DNA of 64,000 nt, taken from NCBI GenBank assembly GCA_017654855.1, contig CM030332.1, forward strand, positions 6,014,001 to 6,078,000, in the 5' to 3' direction. This DNA is from Podospora anserina (Eukaryota). The notes below the pieces were generated by a model, which worked only from the letters and a program-made list of their open reading frames with translations, was not told where the DNA came from and did not search any database. Shown here one piece after another: positions 12,151-21,581 of this stretch. Made by a program: the position numbers and the translations under genes. The stretch's first letter is position 1. Each line of letters begins with the position of its first letter.

Positions 12151-13952
12151 TCATTGACAGGACGGCTGCTCCTGCTCGTAACCGTGCGCCTTCTCACCTG
12201 ACTGTCCCCGTTCTAGTAGTACATGGTCCGTATTAAGCTCCTCATTCATATCGAACCGCTTAATCAAGAAACTCAAAAGTAAAGCAACTCCGGAAACGGC
12301 TACGTACACCGCATATACGCCCCTGAAACCGAAAACGTACGCGTCCAGCACCTGTATCTTAAAGACACTATCGTCAGGTAGCCTGAGCAGCTCGGCAATG
12401 AAACTTTTGCTCTGCATCGCGATATCCGCCGACAGCCCTTCCCGCTCAAGCTTCAGTAACATCACGTTCTGAAAAGTAGAGCCACCAACACCGACACCTA
12501 GTGCCATGCCGAACTGCCGCAGAAAGCCATACATAGCTGCCGCGAGCCCTTCCTCGCCCTCTTTGCACATAGCTTGTGCGGCAAAGTTCTGCGCATTGAG
12601 GATGGCGCCGTGGCCGAACCCGAGAACCACAAGGGTGGTGGCCCACAGAGTAGGAGGAGTATCCAAATCCCATACGAGAGTGAGACCAGACGCGAGGGTA
12701 GTCAGGGCCCACCCAGCCCAAATAGGGTGCCTGTAGTTGTTGGTACGGGTCACCAGGATGCCGGTCAAGATGGAGCCAGGAACAAGTGTAACCATGACGG
12801 GCAACAGGACTAGACCTGTGTGTAATGGGCCATAACCCTTCACCGCAAGAAAGTAAAACGGGATGTAATAAAGTTGACCGTAAATCTAAGAAGGTAAGTA
12901 CACGAGTTATAGCGGAGCATTTCGGACGTACCACAAGACCCTGGACAGCGCCGCAAATATAGGTCGCAACCGAGCTAACATTCCAGAAAAAACTAAGGTG
13001 CAGAAACGGCTCGCTAGCGAAAACAATCTCGTAGACTAACGTCCAGACTAGCCCGGCTATGCCTAAGCAGAGCGGGACGAGGGTGCCAGCACTACGCCAT
13101 GGGTATTGGACACCTCCCCAGGATACCGCAACAAGGAACAAGGTGGCCGACGCCACGAACGAGAAGTTGCCTAGCCAGTCAATCCTCTTGAGTTTCTCAC
13201 CCACCGAGGCTGTCCGTGGCTTCAGGGTCACGAGCCAGGGTATGACCAAAAGACCGGCACCGCAGAAAGGGAACATGATGTAGAATATCCAGCGCCAAGT
13301 GGTCATCTGTGCAATCGCGCCGCCAATAACGGGGCCTGCGCAGTTGCCAAGAGCCCAAGCCCCGAGCCTTCAAGAGTATTAACATACACGCCGGGTAGAT
13401 GCGAATGGCGACTTACACAGTGCCGTACCACTTCGGCCGGAAGCGGAGCGGGGTAATGTCTATAAAGATGACGAGACTCAGGATGATGATACCTGCTCCT
13501 CCTACGCCCTGGAAGGATCGACCGACAAGCAGGACTCCCATGCCATTTGCCAAGCAACAGAGGAGCGACCCCAGAGCGAAGACGCCGACGGAAGTAACGA
13601 GACACACTGGCCGTCCGAAAATGTCGCTTAAGGAGGCGATGAAGGGCATTGTGACGGCATTTGCTAGGAGATAGGCGGTGCCGACCCAAAAGCCTTGCGT
13701 GGCGCTGCCTTGCAGGTCGCTGACGATGGCCTGTTTTCATGTAAGACGGCGAGTCTCGAGGAGGGAATAATATGACCTGACACTTAGCGAGGTTACGATG
13801 ACGCAGGCATCGAGCGCGACCATCAAGGATAGAACAGACAGGGCTGCCATGATCGCGAGTTCATGGTGGGAAGGCTTCCATCCTCTAGTCCTGGAGCTGG
13901 CGGTTGACACGGTCCTCCCGGACGGTGGTGGGATTTCATCCGCAGCGGCCAT
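12151..13952 (-). CDS. MFS drug:H+ antiporter (DHA2, 14-TM type), 3 introns
   Basis: ALDACVIVTSL, LSDIFGR motif A, GRSFQGVGG and WRWIFYIMFP motifs. GT-AG introns join ORFs 13737-13952, 13413-13649, 12446-13306 and 12151-12843 without stops. Confidence 0.9.
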
Positions 13953-14342
13953 GGGGATTGGTTTCTTTACAGACAGGGAACGTATTGTGTTAGCACGTTT
14001 TGGCTCAAATTACACCTCGGAAGCTGTCAACCAGGAGGGGTGTTTGCCCTGCGATTTATAGAGCTAGCGGACCACGCGGCATATACTAACAGCACATTTC
14101 TAGAGGTATACGCTCCACTCCAGCTCCCTGACGTGACAATCAAAGCGCCTGGGCCACTTTCTACGTCCCGTGTGGGTCGTTTGGTTCTTCGCATTCCAGC
14201 AGCGTAAAGCCGCTTTTGGAGTTTCGTAATTAGCGGTTTCTGGATCTTCGTAACGCTTAAGGTTCCCACAGATTTCCATATTCCGTCCGCATGCTCACCC
14301 CTCACTTAGCAGGGGCAATGTAAAGCACCGCGGCAACCCACA

Positions 14343-15010
14343 ATGCAGTCTCCACCTCTTGTACTCTGTCTGCTATCCTACCTTACTTGGCTCACCCACG
14401 CACAAGATTCTTCGCCGGCAGAGATCCTATCCCAGGCCCCTCCGTGTACTGTAGGTATCGGTCCTGCTGCATTTCATACGCATCTAACCCGCATAAACAG
14501 CACGGCTGCATCATTGATGCTCTTGTTGGTTTCAGCGGCGACCTGGCGGACGTAGCATCCTATGTCTGCACAAACATCACCCTGCAATCTGAGTTATCTA
14601 CGTGCACGCAGACGAGCTGCTTATACGCAGATCAAGTAAGTAAGTAGTGGCTATTGTATATCACCGCTGTGAAAAAAACTCTCTGACCGTTCGCAGACGC
14701 AGCGAAACTAGAGACTGAATTATGTGCCGATTTTCCCAAGGCATCAAGGAGCCGGGAGGTAATGCGGACGGTAATCATTGGTTGCTCCATAGTCTTCCCG
14801 ATTATCGCGCTCCGGCTGTATACTAGAATGGCTTATACTAAGAGACTATGGGTCGATGACTATGCAACGATCTTCGCTGCCGTTGGTATCTTCCTTGTCC
14901 GGAAGGTTCAGATTCGGCGCTGACGGCTTTCCAGATCTTGCTCGCTGCGCTCGCCATTATCGATCTCTACAGCGCACATCTAGGCCTAGGCATGCACTAC
15001 TGGACAATCG
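14343..15010 (+). pseudogene. CFEM-domain Pth11-like GPCR, 3' truncated
   Basis: Signal peptide, CFEM-like Cys pattern across introns, then IALRLYTR..LWVDDYATIFAA and GLGMHYW. Homology stops after about two TM helices. Confidence 0.8.
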
Positions 15011-15014
15011 CCCG

Positions 15015-16040
15015 GGCTTCAATATAAGCTCCGACTCGACACCACGAGCAAACTGCGCTACAAGATCTCCAGAAAGCATGCTGTTCGCCGAGAGGCTGCA
15101 GGCCGCCAACGATCAATATCGAAACGTAGTGTCCCCAAGCACCCGCACGCAAGGAAAGTCTCCGTTCCGATGCAACAGTCCGTTCTCACATAAATACGGT
15201 ATAACAGAAGCTCCCCCTACCGCAGCTCCCAGAGATCTTATTTTAAAGGAGCCTAGCTCGATAAGACTCTTGTCTTAAGGTACCTCTCCCCAGAACCGCC
15301 ACACCAACACTCTCGCATTTCGCTTCTATTCTTCGCAACCCACAAAAAGACATCCCAATGCTTCGCCTCAGACAATCTTCCTTCGAAGACCACTACCGGC
15401 CACGGTCACATATGGACAAACTACCATAGTGGGAAATCGTAATAAATTTGAGCCTGGCAATCAAAGCCGTCTTGGCTTCAAGAGTTGTCTGGAGGCTTGG
15501 ACTTTCCAGGGGCCAGTATTTCCACAGCCCTTATATCGGTCACGAGGCGGAAAACGAGGATACGTTTCATAGTAGATAGCAATTGTTAGACCGTAAAATT
15601 GAATGTATTAAACTACCTTCCTTTCACTCTAATCCTCATATCTGCTAGGCCCAGAGCCGGTATTTACTGGACTAAGAAACGGCTGACGATCCAGCTAAGA
15701 AGTATACGACAATGCGGGACTATCTGCCACCTATTTAGTTCCTCCGTATATATAACTTGTAGATTACTGAGCCCCCGTCGTAATGGGTATCCATGCTCCC
15801 GGATCACTGTCCCTACCAGCCAAGCATCGGGCGGAGTAGGGGGCGGAGCAAAGGAGAAACCGTGGAGTGACGGGAGAGAACAGGACGTACTAGCTGGGAT
15901 AGGGGTAATCCTAAAGGTAACAAAGAAAGAACCGCCGATATTTTTAAGATAAAAAAGCGGAGATCTCTTCAACCGTTAGCAATCTTTCTACCGATCTAGC
16001 ATCTACAGAATCTTTCTTAAACTTAAGCTTCTACTGGTAC
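15015..16040 (+). pseudogene. Heavily RIPed coding remnant, unidentified
   Basis: Long stretches of plausible reading frame broken by TAA/TAG. TpA-rich. No family recognised. Confidence 0.3.
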
Positions 16041-16217
16041 CCCTTCGTTAAAGTCAGTATTATTTATTTTGTTGCGTAGCATTATCACTAACATCTTTTA
16101 TTGCTCCGAAGCATATCGAGTCGCTATGTTGGCACAATAGCCCAAAGCTCTGGCAAGCCTGTCTGGGGACTGCGACAAGTGACACAGCATACTTGACAGA
16201 CACACGTCAGGGAATTC

Positions 16218-18473
16218 TTGGGGTTTACAAACTTCTACCGGATGTTCATCCGTGGGTACGCAGGCATCGCGCGGCCACTCAACCACTTGACCAAGAAGGA
16301 CGTGAAGTTCCGGTGGGGGCAGGAAGAGGAGCAGGCCTTCCAGGAGCTAAAAGAGGCTATTTTGAAGGACCCAGTGCTCAAATTGCCAGACCCCAGTCGA
16401 CCATTTGAGGTCGAGGCGGATGCATCAGACTATGCGATCGGTGGACAGCTGGGACAGCGAGACGATGACGGTAAGCTACACCCGGTAGCCTTCTTCTCGA
16501 AGAAGCTTGAGGGAGCACGTCAGAACTACCCAACCCACGATAAGGAGCTACTCGCCATCATCGAAGCGTTCGAGGAGTGGAGGCCATATCTCAGTGGCAC
16601 CAACTACGAAGTACAGGTCTATACGGATCACAAGAACCTACGGTACTTCACCACTACGAAGGTCCTTAACGCGCGGCAGACACGATGGTCAGAGTTTCTC
16701 TCGGAATTTAATTTCCAGATCAACTACAAGAAGGGTTCGGAGAACGCCAGGGCAGACGCACTTAGCCGGCGAGCCGACCACCACAAGGATGCACCCAGGG
16801 AGTCACCACCACTACTTGAGGAGGCGCCAGATGGCACTCTCAAGCGTCCACTGCAGCCGTGGATGGAGTGTTGCGCAGTATATCGCGAGAGGGCCACTTC
16901 CAGCAAGTACCAAGGGAAGTTGGGCAGCGATATCACAGAGCAATACTGGCAGGAAGAGCTGGAGCCACAAGGCATCCAGAAAGACAGTCAGGGAAGACTG
17001 TGGTACAAGAATCGAGCGTACGTGATGCCAGGTGACAGGACGACACTGGTGATGGATATTCACGGGTCAAAGCTCGGAGGACACATGGGTATCGCTAAGA
17101 CCATGGAAAAGATCAAGCAGCACTTTGACTGGCCAAGGATCAAGGACGACGTCAAGGAAGCCATCCAGTCATGCCACACGTGCGAGAGAACAAGGGTTGC
17201 GAGGCACAAGCCTTACGGATTTCTGGAGCCACTACCAGTAGCGGAACGACCATGGAGCTCAGTCACGATGGACTTCATCACCAAGCTACCAGAGTCCAAG
17301 GACACGGCAACCGGCGTCAAGTACGACAGTATATTGACGGTTGTCGACAGGCTCACCAAGTGGGCATACTTCTTGCCATACAAGGAGACCTGGTCGGCAG
17401 AGCAACTGGCGGACGTGGTACTACGGCATGTCACAGCAACACACACATGGCCAAAGGAATTTATCACGGATCGCGATACTAAGTTCGTATCGAGGTTTTG
17501 GAGAGCGTTGATGACGAGGCTAGGGGTAGTGAGTAAGGCGTCATCGGCCTACCACCCTCAGACAGACGGCCAGACGGAACGGCTCAACCAGATCGTGGAA
17601 CAGTACCTACGGAATTACATCAATTTCGAGCAGGACGATTGGGTTGAACTGTTGCCCACGGCACAGTTGGCGTACAATACATCGCCAACGGAGACCACGA
17701 GAGTCACACCCTTCTTCGCGAATTTCGGCTACGAGGCAGACCTACGGCAGGGACCTACGGTTGAGGTGCCCAGGGCTGGGGTCAAGGCAGATAAGATGCA
17801 CATGCTCCACGGCAAGCTTAAGCAAGGACTGGAGTTTGTGAGGGAAAGGATGCGGAAATACTATAATACCAAAAGGCTCGAGGGACCTCGCCTTAAGGGG
17901 GAGGACATGGTATTCCTTTCCACACGCAATTTACGCACCAAAAGACCTAGTAAGAAGCTGGACCACAGGAGAGTGGGCCCGTTCAAGGTCAAAAGGAAGA
18001 TATCGGAGACGGCATTCGAACTGGAGCTACCTAGTACGATGCGTCTACGGTCACACACTTTTCACATCTCACTTCTGGAACCCGCACCACCAGCAAGTAA
18101 GGCCAATACACAGGCAGTGGCGGAGGACGAAGAAGAGGAGTACGATGTGGAAGAGATACTGGATTCACGGTTCAACAGAGGGCAATTGGAGTATTTGGTC
18201 AGTTGGTTAGGATATCCGGCTACAGATAACTCGTGGGAACCACAGGCACACCTCAACTGCCCAGACAAGCAAAAAGAGTTCCACCAGCAATACCCGGACC
18301 GGCCAAAACCCAAGCGAGTAAAAAGATCCGGCCCTGGCCCACAGCCAGATGGCTATGAGACAGAGCCAGGAGAACCTCAGCAGGAATCGAACCTACGCCT
18401 CCGACGTGGTAGTCGACGTGCTACACACTACACTACAAGGTTGGCAGGTACGAGGGAATCCAGGCCCAACTAG
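16218..18473 (+). CDS. Partial Pol: RT connection, RNase H, integrase, chromodomain
   Basis: FLGFTNFYR, EADASDYAIG, YTDHKNL, ADALSR, H-x6-H..CHTC, MDFIT, TDRDTKF, QTDGQTER, GPF and chromodomain YDVEEILDSR..YLVSWLGY..SWEP. 751 codons without a stop. Confidence 0.95.
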   Translation: MGFTNFYRMFIRGYAGIARPLNHLTKKDVKFRWGQEEEQAFQELKEAILKDPVLKLPDPSRPFEVEADASDYAIGGQLGQRDDDGKLHPVAFFSKKLEGARQNYPTHDKELLAIIEAFEEWRPYLSGTNYEVQVYTDHKNLRYFTTTKVLNARQTRWSEFLSEFNFQINYKKGSENARADALSRRADHHKDAPRESPPLLEEAPDGTLKRPLQPWMECCAVYRERATSSKYQGKLGSDITEQYWQEELEPQGIQKDSQGRLWYKNRAYVMPGDRTTLVMDIHGSKLGGHMGIAKTMEKIKQHFDWPRIKDDVKEAIQSCHTCERTRVARHKPYGFLEPLPVAERPWSSVTMDFITKLPESKDTATGVKYDSILTVVDRLTKWAYFLPYKETWSAEQLADVVLRHVTATHTWPKEFITDRDTKFVSRFWRALMTRLGVVSKASSAYHPQTDGQTERLNQIVEQYLRNYINFEQDDWVELLPTAQLAYNTSPTETTRVTPFFANFGYEADLRQGPTVEVPRAGVKADKMHMLHGKLKQGLEFVRERMRKYYNTKRLEGPRLKGEDMVFLSTRNLRTKRPSKKLDHRRVGPFKVKRKISETAFELELPSTMRLRSHTFHISLLEPAPPASKANTQAVAEDEEEEYDVEEILDSRFNRGQLEYLVSWLGYPATDNSWEPQAHLNCPDKQKEFHQQYPDRPKPKRVKRSGPGPQPDGYETEPGEPQQESNLRLRRGSRRATHYTTRLAGTRESRPN
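18320..18442 (-). ncRNA. tRNA-like + hairpin + T5 Pol III-type unit 1 (overlaps pol 3' tail, antisense)
   Basis: Cloverleaf 18442>18373: AACCTTG/TGAGGTT, GTGT/GCAC, TCGAC/GTCGG with 6-nt loop TACCAC, GTAGG-TTCGATT-CCTGC. Bulged hairpin CCTGG..CTCATAGCC/GGCTGTGGG-CCAGG. TTTTT at 18324-18320. Confidence 0.7.
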
Positions 18474-18525
18474 CACCACACGCTTCCACCGCCGCAAGAA
18501 AAGACATACCACCAACGGGGCAGCC

Positions 18526-18655
18526 AAAAAGGGAGATCTGTACTCAAATTCACGGAGGGGTATCCATGAATTTGAATACAGAAGAACCTCGACAGGAATC
18601 GAACCTGCGCCTTCGGCAGAAGAAGCCGACGTGCCACGCACTACACCACGAGGTT
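18526..18655 (-). ncRNA. tRNA-like + 19-bp hairpin + T5 Pol III-type unit 2
   Basis: Cloverleaf 18655>18585: AACCTCG/CGAGGTT, GTGT/GCAC, TCGGC-TTCTTCT-GCCGA, GCAGG-TTCGATT-CCTGT. A-box-like TGGTGTAGTG and B-box GGTTCGATTCC. Hairpin 18581-18538, TTTTT 18530-18526, upstream TTTATA about 25 nt before the start. Confidence 0.8.
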
Positions 18656-18697
18656 GGAAGGTGTGAGGGGACCCAGATATAAAGACTGCCACGCGTC

Positions 18698-19163
18698 TCA
18701 ACCACCTTGGGAAGTGGAAGGTGCGCCACTAGCAGTATCCTGCGCGGCCAGGAAGGAAGGACCGGCCGTGCCCGGATCCAGGGAAAGGTCAGGCGGCCAG
18801 TCGAAGCCTGAGGAAGGATCCAGGAAGGAGAAGTCGGAAGGACCCGGAGGAACAGAATCAGGAGGAGGAGCGTCGTTAGACGACGGGATAGCCTGCGCGG
18901 CCTGCGCAGCTCTCTCCTGTTCGCAAAGAAGAAGAAGAGGTGACGAGAGACTCACGCGAGGAGATGGGGACACCGGAGCCATCACACGAACGACCACGAC
19001 GTACGTAAGCCTCGCAACGCTTCACCTTATCCATCATACGGCAGGATAACCCCTGCGAGTCACACCACGAGCAAGGCATAACGAGGAAACCGTTCTCAGC
19101 AATATTCTGAGCTAGCTTAGCACGGTACTGTGCAGACGACGATGGGGGTTTTACTACAGACAT
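18698..19163 (-). pseudogene. Antisense retrotransposon ORF with Zn2Cys6-like Cys cluster and acidic/Pro tail, disrupted in this copy
   Basis: C31-x2-C34-x6-C41-x8-C50-x2-Y53-x6-C60, with Y from TAC at 19007-19005. GTGAGT donor at 18955. Tail EQERAAQ..DFSFLD..FDWPPDLSLD is in another frame, ending at 18698. Confidence 0.65.
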
Positions 19164-19286
19164 GGCGTTAGCCGGGCCATGGAAGAATGAGGGTGGAAGA
19201 CCTACGAAGGAGAAAAAGGGAGACGAGAGGAGCGTATGCAGTCGATAACCAAGCCAACGGGACGTTGGCCTGGAGGAGGGGCATCA

Positions 19287-19852
19287 TGTCACGGACCTGA
19301 CATGAGTGGGGAGCGCGGGGCGCGACCCGTCCAATCACTGAGGAACGGAAAAGTGGGGAAGTCAGATTATCACTGGCGCCAAGGGTGATAATCACGATTA
19401 TCACCAGCTGTCACAGTTAACCCAACGACAGGTCGCGCCACATGTGGGGCGCGGGACGCCCCTAGCCAATCATTAGAGAAGTCAGGAGACAGCCAATCAG
19501 GGCTGGACGAAAGTGCTATGGCGCCAAGACACACGAGCACTCTGCAGGATGCAAGATGCTACGAGTGATCAGAGGCATAGCACGACGAGCACTTCGCAGG
19601 ATGCAATGTGCTATGGGTGATCGGGGCCGTAGCAGGGCGAGCACCTCACGGTCCCGAGGTCTATATATACGGAGGAACTGGCTGGTGTAGATAGACAGTT
19701 CTGCAGTATGCAATTCAAGCTTGTATTCACGGGATCTAGTGTTTACATTGAGACATCTTGTTGTGCACTGTTTAGCTGCACCGAGCCACGATTATTCAGA
19801 AGTGCCTTCGACCAGTATCCCTTTCAGAGGTTCTGGATAGGGGTTCGTCACA
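19287..19852 (+). mobile_element. Chimeric 3' LTR: subfamily-A 5' part (19287-19408) + complete subfamily-B LTR (19409-19852)
   Basis: 19287-19408 matches the 5' end of solo LTR 20485>20113. A second TGTCAC start at 19409. Conserved TATA-to-CGTCACA tail. Confidence 0.9.
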
Positions 19853-20112
19853 TTTCTGTACAGAGGAGGCCTATTTAGCTGTTCTAATAACTACTAAACT
19901 AGCCCAACTGCCAAGCCTGCGATGCCCGATTACCTTGGCTGCCTAGTATCTACAGATTCGAGAGTCTGCTCTAGTCCAGACATTAGGCTAAAATATAGAA
20001 GCTGTTTCTGGTTCTAGCAAAGGCAGACCACCGCTGCCTACACAGATAAAATGAAAAAAGCTGTTTCTGGCTTTAGCAGAGGCTGAGATATTATGTCATG
20101 ATCCTAGCGCTG

Positions 20113-20485
20113 TGTGACGAACCCCTATCCAGAACCTCTGAAAGGGATACTGGTCGAAGGCACTTCTGAATAATCGTGGCTCGGTGCAGCTAAACAGTGC
20201 ACAACAAGATGTCTCAATGTAAACACTAGATCCCGTGAATACAAGCTTGAATTGCATACTGCAGAACTGTCTATCTACACCAGCCAGTTCCTCCGTATAT
20301 ATAGACCTGTTTATCACCATTATCACCAGTGATAATATCGATTATCACTCGTCGTCACCGCGGGCTGGTGATAATCGTGATTATCACCCTTGGCGCCAGT
20401 GATAATCTGACTTCCCCACTTTTCCGTTCCTCAGTGATTGGACGGGTCGCGCCCCGCGCTCCCCACTCATGTCAGGTCCGTGACA
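20113..20485 (-). mobile_element. Solo LTR (373 bp), subfamily A
   Basis: TGTCAC...GTCACA termini. 5-bp TSD CGCTG at 20108-20112 and 20486-20490. Confidence 0.95.
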
Positions 20486-21245
20486 CGCTGCCTTAGGCTT
20501 AATGGTTTGCGTTGTAATTATGTGGAAGCTGTTTTTGGCTCTGCAGAGGGCAGAAGTTCCTTTTTATATTGTCAAGCCAACTGGCTATGCTCCAAAAATG
20601 GCTCTGCTCCAAAAATGGCTCTTGGAATTAAACAGACCCACTCAAAAGGTAGCATTCGATGGCTGGCGGCTCCGTGAGGTGAGTATGAACTAGCGTAAAA
20701 ATGCAATCTTACATGCCTGATCAAGTTAGAAACTATCCAAAGTTTCGGTGAGCCGGGATGAACAATGTTTGGAGGGAGATGATTTGCCTGATTTGGACAA
20801 ATTCAGAAACTGATTCTGGCTTGGACATACCACGCTGCTTCTGGCTCTGGCGAAGGCAGCGGTTGCCTGTCACAATTCCTACCTGCTTGACCAAACGTTC
20901 TACGCTCCAGAAACAGCTCTGGAATAACCTTGTGTCACGTAAATTTACTCATTGCTCACCCTGCTGGGCCTTTCTCGCCATGCTCAGGGCTTCTCCACTT
21001 CCGCTCAGGTTAAAGCGGCAAGTGCTCAGGTCCAAGAACGGAAATGGAAACTGTTGATGTCGGGATTCCGATATTGTTAGTAACTAGACTGATGCTGGTT
21101 TGAGGCGTGTACCACACTACTGCGTGGAAGGTGGAGCTAAGGTTTTGAGTTTTTCCGCGAGTAACCCTCATCCTAGCTTAGACGAATAAACGATTTCTGT
21201 TTATACCACCGAAGTCCACGTCACATATCTAACAAAACTCAAGGG

Positions 21246-21414
21246 TGTTATGGCGTGGCAGTTAACCAACACTGCAAGATACTCGAGGGTGCTTAGCAGC
21301 ATAGCAGGACGAGTACTCGGGAAGGATTCTAGTATATAGTCGTTCAGTTAGGATGGACTCGGAAGACTTCATCAGTATGCAATCACAACACTGACATATA
21401 ATTCCGTTTGAACA
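21246..21414 (+). mobile_element. Putative short solo LTR related to subfamily-B U3
   Basis: TGTTA...GAACA ends, TATATA and CAGTATGCAAT. 21273-21327 resembles 19550-19602. No TSD. Confidence 0.4.
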
Positions 21415-21420
21415 GGTGTC

Positions 21421-21581
21421 GAAGCGGCGAGTCTGAAAGCGGCGAGTCTGAAAGCGGTGAGTGTGAAGGCGGTGAGTCTGAAAGCGGTGAGTCTGAAAGC
21501 GGTGAGTCTGAAAGCGGTGAGTCTGAAAGCGGTGAGTCTGAAAGCGGTGAGTCTGAAAGCGGTGAGTCTGAAAGCGGCGAG
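21421..21581. repeat. 15-bp minisatellite (AAAGCGGTGAGTCTG) x ~10.7
   Basis: Directly visible tandem array. Reads ESGES in the frame of ORF 21408-21710. Confidence 0.95.

Larger units (their letters stand above)
16202..19852 (+). mobile_element. 5'-truncated Ty3/Gypsy chromovirus LTR retrotransposon (crapaud/yeti-like)
   Basis: pol remnant, purine tract GGAGGAGGGG at 19272-19281 and a 3' LTR TGTCAC...GTCACA. gag, protease, most of RT and the 5' LTR are missing. Family name is inference from recalled Podospora LTR structure. Confidence 0.93.

Noticed and set aside
18585-18655. Calling unit 2 an ordinary tRNA-Lys(CTT) gene
   Set aside because: Pyrimidine at 37, no D-loop GG, A1-U72 pair, and the sister unit has a 6-nt loop. 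Treated as tRNA-like instead.
21421-21581. CRISPR-like array
   Set aside because: Head-to-tail 15-mers without spacers, in a eukaryote.
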